From: Balanoglossus misakiensis
Taxonomy: Eukaryota > Animalia > Hemichordata
DNA length: 64,000 nucleotides
Assembly (NCBI GenBank): GCA_040954595.2
Contig: CM082579.2
Location: 12,773,834-12,837,833 of the forward strand
Direction: 5' to 3'
Position 1 is the first letter of the stretch. The number at the start of each line of letters is the position of its first letter. Position numbers and translations under genes: made by a program. Positions 39,401 through 50,829 of the stretch are shown here, piece by piece. The notes under the pieces are model-generated. The model saw only the letters and a list, made by a program, of their open reading frames with translations. It did not search any database and was not told where the DNA came from.

Positions 39401-41742
39401 TTGTGCATGCGGAAGCGAAGTAGAATCGATGCGAGGTCATTGAGTAGCGAAGGTCCCGTATCTAAACAGTCGTTCAAACTAGGGTTTTTTGCGGTTTTGC
39501 AACTGCAGTCGTATACTATTCTTATCGGCGTGGTTTCTGAGTCTTTCTTCACGGAATGATGTGGTAAATAATGGCCAGAATTCACATCATCATTGGAGAC
39601 TGATTTAATAAAGCCGCGCGCTAACTGGTCGTTGATGAGTTTATTGTATACCTGTCGTGTTTCTGGTGACAATCGTCGTACCATAGAGCGCGTTCGCTAT
39701 TCGCAGATATCCCGGTTTGTTGGGAGCGGGGCGTGATCTTGGCGCCACGGAAGTTTACAAACATAGCGACCGTTTTCTTGGCGAAGGTGTGTTTGAGTGA
39801 AACTATCATAGGTAGTTTCAAGGCCATGATTTGTAGCATCGGTTATGCCGATACTTTCTACATCCCAAAACTTTTGGAGGAGGTGATCCTCATTTGAGGT
39901 GTGCGTGGCGACATGCATTACAGTGGAGGTGGGGCAGGGATTCGCACTTTGCGACAACAGGGGCCCAGATAGTAAATATCCCAACTTGGAAGACACGGCC
40001 GTTGGTCCCTTGCCACGAACAATATGATCACCCACAAAAGAATAGTAGAAGTCAGCCCCTACTAAAATGGAAATCTCAAAATCATGAATATCAGACACAG
40101 GATGAGCTAATTCTAAACATTGCAAATATGGCAATCTGGCAAGACTAACACTCGGTTGGAAATAATTTCTCAATGGTGTTGTGATTTGAGGAACAATCAA
40201 CGCACGTATACTGACATTAGAATTATTGGGTATAATTACCGTCACATCTGTAACCTTCAGCGATCGCAATCCAGTAGATTTCGCCCCAAGCGTAGATACG
40301 TTGATCACTTCGGATTCGCACCTGTCGACGTTGATGCCGATCGTTCTCGCCGTACGTTCAGTGATAAAAGTTCTTTGGGAACCGTCGTCGAACAACAGCG
40401 TCACTGGTTCTGATGCTCTGGAACCCTTGGCGCTGACGTCCGCTACTGCAGTCTTCAGGAGCACCGGAGACTTCTGGCTGGTATCGGATGACACGAACGT
40501 GTGGACATCTTCCCTCGGTGTCGCTGGCTGCCTTGGCGTCTCTACCGTACAAATCGTAGTGTGGTGTTTGCGTTTACAGACTTGACACTTGAACTTGGAT
40601 TTACAGTCTGAAACGCGATGATTGCCGAGGCAGTTATAGCAGAGTCTGTCCCTTTTGACGATTTCAAGTCGTCTGCGTTTGTCGGTAACCACCTGACATT
40701 CCGTAGGTCTGTGACCGCTTCTCTTGCAGAATGCACACTGTGCTGGTCTCATGGGTTTCTGGTGGGTCGTTGTGACAAACGTGGCAGTGGCTGGCAGATG
40801 CTCGGTGTGGATGTCGAGGTCTTCGGTCGGTTGACTGGCTCTATCAGCTTCGATTTCGCGTCGAATCGCTTCTCTCAGACCTTTCAAAGTCCACTCTTCT
40901 TCACCTTGATCTCTAGAGATTTGTCTTCGTATATTGGCCGGTAGTTTCTCGAGGATGATTGGAATCAGCAGATCTCCGAAGTTGTCGTCGGATTTGCCGA
41001 GAGCATTTAGCCCTCGTATGTAACTTTCCATGTTGTCATGAAAAATTATCATACTGTTCAGTGTTCCAGTCGGTTTTTCAAGCTGCCACAGTGCCTTCAT
41101 ATATGCACTTATGATTTTTTGTGGTCGGCCATAGCTCTTGGTCAGCAAATCTAATGCTTCGTGGTAGTGATCTCTAGTCAACGGCAAGTTCTGGATTTTG
41201 CGCGCTGCTTCGCCACGAAGATGTGCCCTCAAATATTGGAATTTTTGGACATGGTCTATACTCGTGTCGTCGTGGACCGCAGCGTCAAACCCATTCCTGA
41301 AGCTTTGCCAAGTGAGAACGTCCCCGGTAAATGGGGCTAGTGTCAGCTTCGGTAGATTTACCTTTCTAGACTGCTGACTCGATACAGAAGATAGACTTAC
41401 TTGGCTGCTTCCTAGGGGTGGATCTGCTTGGGTTGGGTGTCGTGAAGTTTGTTCTTGTAAAAACTTCTTAAACTTCACCAGCTGGTCGTAGATTTCTATG
41501 CGGTAGTCATCGGCCGCTGCGTACTCTTCATCGAAATTGTCATCATCGATCTCGTCGAGAATCCTTTCGTCGAGAACTTTGAGCTGTTCTAGCCTCTCGG
41601 TGATATTGTCAATGGTCGCTTCCAGGACCGCGAGTTGGTCCTTTTCCAGCGGTGTCTCGGTCGAGGTGATGTTTCCCGCCTTGACAATAAGTTTCGTCAT
41701 CTGACTGCGGTGGCCCCTTCTGCTACGCTTGTCCTTCTCCAT
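36444..41742 (-). pseudogene. BEL-2 gag-pol; stop at 39697, frameshifts near 37200 and 36950
   Basis: LPKLTLAPFTGD gag, CYNC..H..C knuckles, LFDDGSQR protease, ADIEKAF and YVDN RT, FSDAS RNase H, GVDFTG and GGFWER integrase. Confidence 0.95.
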
Positions 41743-41758
41743 CCTGGTCTCGGCACCA
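41741..41758 (-). promoter_or_regulatory. tRNA primer-binding site of BEL-2, probably tRNA-His
   Basis: TGGTGCCGAGACCAGGAT, 5 nt after the 5' LTR. It is one mismatch from the complement of the invertebrate tRNA-His 3' end as I recall it, and it overlaps the gag ATG. Confidence 0.8.
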
Positions 41759-42579
41759 TAAAATGTACGGCGTACACTTTGAGAAAGGGTTCAGGGAGTG
41801 GAGAGGGACGAATGGCCGGGAAGTGAGACTCGATGGGTGAGTTGTGGTTACCAAATTCAAGTCTGTTTATTGTACATTTAGTCAAGCTATATATACGTGT
41901 CGGTGAACTTTGGCATTTGTTCACACCTGGTACAAAAGGTTTGGTGACCGGCGTCACACAGGTAGCAAATAAAGAGATTACATGTCTGATGAACGAATTA
42001 CATGTCTGACAGACAAATCGTGGGCGGAGTCTATAATATCCCGTGTGTGGTCTCCGACAGTAGTCACTGATATATTACAGTGTAGTTTCAAACAAATCTG
42101 TGCAATTGAAAATCAAGAGATGTGTATAACGTCTTGGTTCATCCTAGAGTACAAACTTGTGTACACCTTCACCAGTGAAAGCAAATTGATGCTTTTAATG
42201 CAAAAGATAATAAATTAAGTTCATTATTATACATAGCCACTGTTGGTAATTGAATTTGTTAAGATTGTCAGTCAATTTAAAATGAGACAGAAACAAAACA
42301 AATTAAAGTCTTTGAATATTTATTTTACACAAAAACATTTAAAGTTTGCTTTAAAAAGACAATAAATCATCACTAAAACATCTAAAGGAACTAAAGAAAG
42401 TAAATGAAACAATGTGAAGTTACAATTGTTTGAATATTTGTCTTACAAAAAATGTTCAAAAGTTTACTTTAAAAAGACGATAAACCTCAATAAAACGCCA
42501 AACAGAACTAAAGAAGTAAATGAAATAATCTTAAATTACAAAAGCAAAACTCAAAATAAAAGGACGGTGGGTCACTCAG

Positions 42580-43006
42580 TACTATTATGCCAGTCTCCCG
42601 GGGTTAAATCCTGTGTACTGACAAAATGCGGAAATTTGTCTCAAATTGCCCATACACTGCACAGCAACTGGATATTACTCATCTGTCACCGGGTCCGAGT
42701 CTCCCATATTGCCATAAAATGTACTGCCTATACCTTTATGAATGCATTTTAGGTGCATCCAGCGATACCCATGAAGCCTGCCTGACTTGGCAACCTAACT
42801 TCTTATAAACGATATAACCTCGTTGATATCAGAGAGATTTTTTCGTTGGAAAAGCTGCAGTTTCTCAAAGTCCTCTGAAATTGTCGCATACTGACTACAA
42901 TTCCATGATTTGTAGCTAGCAGAGCGAGGATTTCGTTGTAGCTAAAACCCATATGAAAATAACACTTAATGATATCCTTTCTTTTCATTGCACATGAAAC
43001 GTCCAC
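42580..43006 (-). pseudogene. IS3EU-like transposase N-terminal relic, internally deleted
   Basis: IKCYFHMGFSYNEILALLATNHGIVVSMRQFQRTL, then frameshifted KLQLFQRKNLSD..SGRLHGYRWMHLKC, the typical N-terminus of this family. Confidence 0.7.
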
Positions 43007-43103
43007 AGCTGTGTGTTAAGCAGAATAACAGTTGTAACTATTTCTGTAGTACTGTAACTTAAATAACTATACACAACTCCCACATATAAGGGGATACAGG
43101 AAT

Positions 43104-43754
43104 ATACGGTTATTCACAAAATACCGGGATTTATGTCCGCGTACATCGTGCAGCGCAGGTATTGTCCGAGACGCGCAGCGTCGAGGACAATACCGAAGCG
43201 TACGATGTACGAGGACATAAATCCCGGTATTTTGTGAATAACCTTATTATTATACACCTTTTTCGGACGTCCTTGATGAACGATAAAGAATAAATAGGCC
43301 GCTATCGGACTTTCTAGTTTTCAGACGCCACCATGATGTAATTTGCATATCGAACGCGCCTTCACCTCGCGCATCAGGTGATGCTAGTGTCGAACTGCCT
43401 GTCTCGCGCGCGACGTTCTACGCTGCTTCGCTGAAATGAACGCGCTCGCCTGTTGTTCACAGATTCCTTCCACTGAAATTTCAGCGTGGATTTTAACTTA
43501 TTTCGCATCTTGGGTCACCAATAATTTTTTTTTAATAACGGCTGTGTACTTTTTATATAAATTTTTGTCAGAGTAGGGTTAATATCATTGTTTACATTGA
43601 TCACCGGTCCTGTGAGGTCAAAGTCACAATGCGTCCAATAACCCTGTGGGTTATGGGACTCCGCGTCCTCATTTGAATAATTATTGTACGGTGATACCGC
43701 GAATTATTGTATCACGGAACTCCATAGGTTACAGCAGTAGGTGTATAATAATAC
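43104..43754. mobile_element. Non-autonomous Crypton-like element with a terminal 136-bp hairpin
   Basis: Palindrome 43108-43243 is followed by tattattatacacct, whose reverse complement aggtgtataataata marks the other end. Same layout as the adjacent YR-coding element. Confidence 0.7.
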
Positions 43755-43833
43755 TGTTTATTTGACCGTACCGAACAACAAGATCGTGTGAGATAAATCC
43801 TAGTATCGCCAATATATTACCACACATCGTCCA

Positions 43834-46366
43834 AATAATATGACAGAACCCCAAGGCTCGATCGTGCAAGCACGGCGTAACGGTAGTATTTGCATCGAGT
43901 GTCTGGCGGTGTATTCTTGCGCCCGTCCCCTGCACGAGCGATAGCGAGTGCGGGGGGCAGCAAGAATACACCGCCAGCACGAGTGCAAATACTACCGTTA
44001 CGCCGTGCTTGCACGATCGAGCCATGGGGTTCTGTTTTTATTACATATGTTAATCCCGTTTTAGGAGAAATCATCGGAATCACTTAATAAAAAACGAAAG
44101 AAACGCGACTGCGGAATGATCTTGGTTGTTTGGTAATTTCGTGAACAGGCTACGATATGATGACATCATGAAATTTTCATTGGCTAATGTCTACCACACC
44201 CCCAATTTTGATTGGACAGTGTTGTTTACTTGTTTACGAGTCTTTTCTGCGAGTACTGTTCTGCGGAACATCGCGCGCATCGCCTTCCACTCACTGCAAA
44301 CTGAAGCGAGACATGCCAGAGGGAATATAACGACAATACAAGATATATATAGTGAACTTCGAAAATTTTTAATCAACAAACAATGTCCCTAAAACATGAA
44401 TTCTGAAAAAATGTCATAAATAATCAACAAGGCACCGTCTTTCGGTCGCGTGAATAACAACGATCGTGACCTCTCCCAGCAGTCTGCCAAAAACGCAAAA
44501 CACTGAACAAATACAAACAGCAAACGATGGAACACCAAAACATTTTAAACATGACGATTTAAACAGTCATTGGCAAGCAAAAAGTTTCAAAATATTTAAA
44601 AATGTCAACACACGGAAGTGTCCGTTTATTCATCGTCCGAATCGTACAAAACCATGGGACGTCGTCTCTTGGCAGCGGGCGCGTCGATGGAGCGTGATGC
44701 GGCTGTGGCTGTGCTGGTATTACCTGCTACGTTGAAATTAAAATTAAATGTCCCGCCAGTGATGGTAGCGTTGGCGAACATACCAGCGACAGCACTACTG
44801 CTTGCCTGTTGGGAAGATAGAATGGGGACATCGACAGGTACTACAGCGCGATCGCGATTCTGAGATGTTTTGGGCTCGTACTGCGATTGAGCACCGGTTA
44901 AAATGTCGCTCATTTGCTTCTGTTGATCGTCAGAGGCGACCGCGTACCTGTTCAAACTGTTTACGTTCTTGTGGCCGCTCAACTGAACTACGGTATTCGG
45001 TGGAACGCCTGCGTGTAGTAGCCGAGTTATGGATGTTTTTCTGGCACTGTGGTTGGTTAATTTTCCTTCGAGACCAGCTGATGTGCACATACGTTTCATT
45101 ATGGTGTCGATCTTGTTCCGTCCCATGGGCTGCGCTCGAAACCATATAACGCATTCCAGACTGGATGACAACGTCTGGATGCCGAGGTAAAATGGAGAAG
45201 CAGGGTCTTTCATCTTCTGCGGCCTTCGAAATTCGTATTCTTTGAATACTCGGACGGGGCATGTAGCAGGGCTGTCTGGGGTCCCGTATGCCTTCGGTAG
45301 AAATTGCCGGGTATTCCCTGGTTCGCCTTTACGGGTTTTAGTCACCCGCTCGTTATATTCTAAATATTCCCCGCGCTGGTCTTGTTTTACAATTATGTCG
45401 CCCCATTTCATCTGGTGGTGTTCATTGCTCCCCCGCAGTCCAAACAACTTCGTGTTGTTATACCATATGGTGTTGATGATGGAATCGGGGGTGGCGGTAC
45501 CTAAATGACCGCTTTCGACTAGCTTTCTTTCATCCGCCTCCGTAATTGGGGACGATTTGCGCGGCAGGTTCCCTTTACCTTCTGCTTTTAATTTTTTACG
45601 TTTGGCGGCCAGTGCCTCTCGGCTTTTTTTGAAATGGTCGTCACGTATTACACTTTGTGGGTACTCCATTTCTCGCAAATGTCTATCGATGCTTTTCTGG
45701 TAACTCGATAATGAATCTGGCTCATATTCCATTCCGTTTTTCATGCGTACCGACCAGAAGAACGACGCGAGAAGATTATCAAGCTCACCGGGTGGTATTT
45801 CGTGAATCGGTCGCCTTTCCTCGGTCATGTTGATTTTCCAGTCGTTGAAAACGGCTACTTCACGCCTGGTCTTGTTGGCTGTATTGGGGTTTTTCTGCTG
45901 CGCGATTTGTTTGTCCACCTCTTCGGAAGTTACGCGGACAAACCTCGGGTCCCTTGTAGTTGAAGTTGTAGCTGCGTTGTTGTTATTCGCATTGCTGGCC
46001 GATGATGTTGGTTGCGGGGTCGATAATTCTTGCTGTTCAACAGTCGAAATCGGAAAAATCATGTCCTCGGGATAGTAAAAGTCTTCATCCCGTTGAGATA
46101 AAAAAATACAGTTTTCCTTGTCGTAGTTTTCGTCCGTATACATGTCTTCTTCCATCGCGAAACGTTAAACTCAAGGACAGTGAAAGCTAGCAGACGACAA
46201 TTTGTGATCTGTTTACGTGGATGTTTATTTACAAACAAAAGTAGTTCCGGCATCAAACTCATTTGCATACAGGTATGGCATAATGTTTTTGGTATAGCAC
46301 TGAGTGCAAGTACCGATGTTACGCGCGCGCTCAGTGCAAGTAATCGACGGTACATATGTAATAATA
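43834..46366 (-). mobile_element. Apparently intact autonomous Crypton (CryptonA/V-like) DNA transposon
   Basis: 193-bp palindrome at 43843-44035, subterminal IR ttattacatatgt / acatatgtaataa, AATAATA direct repeat at both ends, and a single YR ORF. Confidence 0.85.
44626..46155 (-). CDS. Crypton tyrosine recombinase (DUF3504 / ZMYM-QRICH1-KCTD1-related), 509 aa
   Basis: EYEPDSL, FGLRG (R), TKTRKG (K), NHSARK (HxxR) and SGHKNVNSLNRY (H, Y). All catalytic residues are present in an open frame. Confidence 0.92.
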   Translation of the reverse strand: MEEDMYTDENYDKENCIFLSQRDEDFYYPEDMIFPISTVEQQELSTPQPTSSASNANNNNAATTSTTRDPRFVRVTSEEVDKQIAQQKNPNTANKTRREVAVFNDWKINMTEERRPIHEIPPGELDNLLASFFWSVRMKNGMEYEPDSLSSYQKSIDRHLREMEYPQSVIRDDHFKKSREALAAKRKKLKAEGKGNLPRKSSPITEADERKLVESGHLGTATPDSIINTIWYNNTKLFGLRGSNEHHQMKWGDIIVKQDQRGEYLEYNERVTKTRKGEPGNTRQFLPKAYGTPDSPATCPVRVFKEYEFRRPQKMKDPASPFYLGIQTLSSSLECVIWFRAQPMGRNKIDTIMKRMCTSAGLEGKLTNHSARKTSITRLLHAGVPPNTVVQLSGHKNVNSLNRYAVASDDQQKQMSDILTGAQSQYEPKTSQNRDRAVVPVDVPILSSQQASSSAVAGMFANATITGGTFNFNFNVAGNTSTATAASRSIDAPAAKRRRPMVLYDSDDE

Positions 46367-46759
46367 CACGTGTTTAGCCACTATACCAAGCCGCAACATG
46401 ACGATTTCTCACAAATATTGCCAATTAAGCGCTGTTGGAAAAGTTTATCACACCGGCTTCACTGCAATATATATTCACCTTCCCTATTTACCTTTTGAAA
46501 CAAGTCACATTATGTCCGGGGATAAAAAAACGTCCTTTGTTCTCTTTAATAGGAAGACACTTTGTCTTGGATAGATGAAAATGCGTATCATCAAACTATT
46601 TAGTTGGATATCTTATCTGAGCTGAATGTAGTAGAAAGTCCAATCAAAGAAACACACAAAGAAAGTCTACAACACAACTAGGCCTAATTCAAATGATTCG
46701 AGCAACAACGAGCAAAGGAAATCCAAACACACAAACTTACTTAGTACATGTGTCTCCGA

Positions 46760-47259
46760 CGTTATCTCGACTTAGTATCTCGAGATAACGAGATAGTATC
46801 TCAAGATCTCGACTTAGTATCTCGAGATAACGAGATAGTATCTCGTTATCTCGACTTAGTATCTCGTTATCTCGACTTAGTATCTCGAGATCTCGACTTA
46901 GTATCTCGTTATCTCGACTTAGTATCTCGAGATCTCGACTTAGTATCTCGAGATAATGAGATAGTATCTCGTTATCTCGACTTAGTATCTCGAGATCTCG
47001 ACTTAGTATCTCGTTATCTCGACTTAGTATCTCGATATCTTGACTTAGTATCTCGTTATCTCGACTTAGTATCTCGTTATCTCGACTTAGTATCTCGAGA
47101 TCTCGACTTAGTATCTCGTTATCTCGACTTAGTATCTCCAGATCTCGACTTAGTATCTCGTTATCTCGACTTAGTATCTCCAGATCTCAACTTATTGTAT
47201 CTCGTTATCTCGACTTAGTATCTCGTTATCTTGACTTAGTATCTCGAGATCTCGACTTA
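46760..47259. repeat. 21-bp minisatellite, about 24 units, built from quasi-palindromes
   Basis: Units are atctcgacttagtatctcg(tt/ag) and ataacgagatagtatctcgtt. Confidence 0.95.
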
Positions 47260-47454
47260 GGGACCGTTCAGTTTTTACGGCCGGGGGGCGGCAAGTTTGT
47301 GTCATCGGTTCTCAAAATCAGGCCGACCCCCCTTCACCCAGGACCAAAAAATGATGACCCCCCCCCCTTTGACAGACCCAAAAATATGATGACCCCCCCC
47401 CCCCCACGGTGCTCAAAGTTGCAATTTAATGAACTCAAAAGCAAATTAACTCAT

Positions 47455-50081
47455 TGTTAGGGTAAGCGATATGAAGCCAAATAAGCCACCAGGATAATCA
47501 TAATTTAAATTAAGAATGGGGCTGCATAATAAATGACTAGTGCATGGTCGTAGGGGATTTTGCTCGCGTAGGTGTTGTTGTCTGATCAACAAAATAACAC
47601 TCGGTAGCCCGTAATATGATGCAATGATAATCAGAATAATTATTACATACAAAAAGAAATACAATATACAGGTTCATATACACTGAATACTCCGACTGGT
47701 TCAGCAAAATTGCTATATAAATATACAATGTTGTGATGTCTTTGATATAAAGTTTGATCGATATGATAACTGAATTGACCAAAATAAATAAAGAAAAATA
47801 TAGAATAAATAATACTAGATGATAATAATTAAATAAATAATACTAAATATATATGGTAAAGTAACAACTACAGTATTGTATTATGTAATCACCAAGTTTA
47901 AATCATCAGTTCGTGATCAATAAATTTATAGTTCACAATAAATACACACACTTGAATTCAGAGGATACAACGCGGTAGCCGGGGTAACTACAGTTCTAGG
48001 GCTTCGCCTCGCAGGTGGCAATCACCGACAGCAAATCAGCATGGACATCCACATCTGTACAAATCAGCTGACTGTAGTACTCGTAGAACGTAGAATACCA
48101 AAATGGGACTTGCAAACTGGCGATCGATGAAAGTCTAACTACGTAAATACACAGTACGGAAATAGCAAGCAACTGCTAATTTGCATAAAGCACATGTTCC
48201 GCGTCGGTATCTTCAAAAGTAAAAACAAAATAGTTGGCTAGGAAATATCACAAAGTATCAGTGGAACCGGAAACAACAGGATAGCGTTCACGATAACAGG
48301 ATAGCGTTCATGATAACAGGATAGCGTTCATGATAACAGGATACAACACAAAACAGTAAACTCAAGTTGGCTGCAGCAACATCCGCAAATCATGGAAACA
48401 GTCGTTGAACACACAGGACGGCATAGACACGTACACAATACACCAAAATCAACAAGTTATTTTGGAGAGTTCACTTCAACCAAAATTACACCAAAATGGC
48501 ACTCATCCAAGTTGAGACATAACTATAAAGTACTTCAGGTCATCGGGTTAACGTATATTTACCAGTTCGGGTAGGATTGCTTGGATTGAAAACTGGATGT
48601 CTTGACTTCTCGGAACCTCTCTCAGGTTAGGTCACCAACAGGTTGCTACAGAGAGTCGAACAGGCACAAACGTCGCCAAAACAGCATCCGTTTCACTTGA
48701 GACATAACCACAAGTAACTTTACGTCACCAGCTTCGTAACAGACACCAATTTAGACAGGATTACTCGGGATTGGAGACTGGATGTCTTGATTCCTCAGAG
48801 CAGTTACACTGTGCACATCTAACCCGCCTTCTTGGAGTGTCTCTCACCTCTGACCTCTGACCCACAGTAACAAAAGAACATCAGGGCTGGCTCCTGTGCT
48901 GCCTGTGGTGGCGCTAAACATGTGTTACTTACACTCTCCCCTGGTTTATAGAATGACGACCCGTCATGAACAAACTATTAATGAAAAAAAATTGCTCTGG
49001 CATGTTGTTACAGTCATACAGTTCTCATATTGGTTAAACTCGAGATACGATATCAATAATTGCGTTACAAATATTACTAGATTCATCAGTAAACTGAGTC
49101 TTCATAGCTGCAAGGAATTCAGCTCTAACAGCCCAATCAGGTTTCACACTGACTTGTGAGTAAGTTAGACGATCAGGGGGTTTCCGTACTCTAGATGACC
49201 TACGAAGTGCTGGGTCATCCTCTAGTGTTGGTTCATTGTGCTCGTCCTCATCGTGATGGCCATTACTGGATCTAACACCGTCAACTGCAATAGGAGTATC
49301 CTCCTGGTCCTCACACTGGACTCTGTCATCAGACATCTCATTTGTCACAGGCTCATCAGTAGATTGGGTAAAGTCATCCTGCTCATTATCTGCTTCCACA
49401 GTTGCACCAGACTCACTGTCAGGTAAGATAATTGGAATAACAACCATATCTTCCTCTTCCTCTGATGATGATCCTGTAGATTCATCACCATATTTCGTCT
49501 GTGGTTTTACTTCTCTATGTTGTTTTCTTTTACATAATGACTGTCCTTTGTCATGCTGGGAGGTTCCAGGCCATGGCAATGCAGAACATGGTAGCAGTAA
49601 GTTACGATGTAAGGTACGTTCACATCCTCTACGGTTCTCTGGACGGACTACGTAGACTGGGAGTTTTGGGTCAAGTTGCTTTACAACTCTATATGGCTGT
49701 TCTTCCCAGAGGTTTGCCAATTTGTGCTTTCCCCTAATTCGTACATTCCTCACTAGAACACGGTCACCTGGTCTGAGTGTAGCCTCACGTGTTTTCCTGT
49801 CGTATCGATTCTTGTTGCTGGTAGCGGCTTTCTCAGCTTGTTTCGATGCAAGTTCATACACATACTGAAGTCGACTTCTCAGGGATTCAGCATACTCGTG
49901 GTGACTCACTATTTTGTCATCTTCTGGCGCTATACCCATACATACATCAACAGGCAATCGTGGATGTCTGCCAGACATCAAGAAATACGGCGAATATCCA
50001 GTGACATCACTCTTGGTACATTGAGTGATGAGAAGAAACAAGATTGGAAATCATACGTTGCTCCTTTGGTACATGCGTACA
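47455..50081 (-). mobile_element. Gypsy LTR retrotransposon 3' fragment (integrase end, PPT, probable LTR 47455-48933)
   Basis: PPT ccaggggagag precedes TGTAA at 48933. A TG..CA-bounded 1.48-kb segment contains a 20-bp repeat (48285-48343). MITE sequence resumes on both sides. Confidence 0.75.
49034..50020 (-). pseudogene. Gypsy integrase C-terminal part (GPY/F region and acidic tail)
   Basis: TGYSPYFLMSGRHPRLPVD, PGDRVLV, HKLANLWEEQPY, LHRNLLLPC and LRRSSRVRKPPDRL motifs. Confidence 0.9.
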
Positions 50082-50829
50082 TTAGGGAGGACAATTTTTA
50101 ATTTTGCCACTCCACTCAAAGTAAGCATCGGGGTTGGGGTGGCAAGAAGTCTTCCCTGGTACAGTAGACAAACCAGTGAATAAATGCATTGTGGCGAAGA
50201 ATGGAGGGGGTGGGTGTGGGAGGGGGTGTCCACCTCGCACATAAGAAAATTTTGTAAAATACGGTGCTCAAAGTTGCAATTTAATGAACTCAAAAGCAAA
50301 TTATCTCAATATTTGGGAGGACCAATTTTACTTTTTGCCACTCCACTCAAAGTTAGAAGATTTGGCGTCATCTTCGTCATGACATTATTTATAAAACTTC
50401 TAGTATATAGAAGATGCAGCGCGAAACTATCAGTTATGCAAAATGGTTTAAACAATTATTCTCCTTTATGTATTCACTTTGTTAAATATTATCATCGTTG
50501 GGGTTGGGGTGGCAAGCACTCTGCCCTGGTACACTAGACAAACCAGCAAAAAATGCGATGTGGCGGAGAATGAAGGGGGTGGGCGTGGGAGGGGATGTCC
50601 CCCTCCCACATTAGAAAATTTTGTAAAATAAAGGGTGCGAAACTGCAATTTTGTAGACTCAAAAGCAAAAGTTCGGTGGCAAAAGTATGTGACCCCCCTA
50701 AACGCTTAAAAAAACCAGATGACCCCCCCCCCCTTGTGGACTTCAAAATTTAAGTGACCCCCCCCCCCTGGATTTTGCCGCGCCCCCCCCCCCCGGCCGT
50801 AAAAACTGAACGGTCCCTTAGTATTCTAC

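Larger units (their letters stand above)
35766..42059 (-). mobile_element. Full-length BEL/Pao LTR retrotransposon (BEL-2)
   Basis: 296-bp LTRs at 35766-36061 and 41764-42059 (2 substitutions seen). TSD GTAGT at 35761-35765 and 42060-42064. PPT gcgggcgggagga and a tRNA-type PBS. Confidence 0.97.
47260..50817. mobile_element. Non-autonomous PIF/Harbinger-type element inserted in the minisatellite
   Basis: Perfect TIR gggaccgttcagtttttacggccgggggg. TTA TSD at 47257-47259 and 50818-50820, and the satellite unit resumes (gta) afterwards. Confidence 0.9.

Noticed and set aside
8822-45508. Many antisense ORFs overlapping the BEL, LINE and Crypton coding regions
   Set aside because: They are shadow frames of real coding strands and have no motifs of their own.
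46748-47218. 156-aa ORF of (YLDLVSR)n repeats
   Set aside because: It is a translation of the 21-bp minisatellite. The frame stays open because the unit is a multiple of 3.
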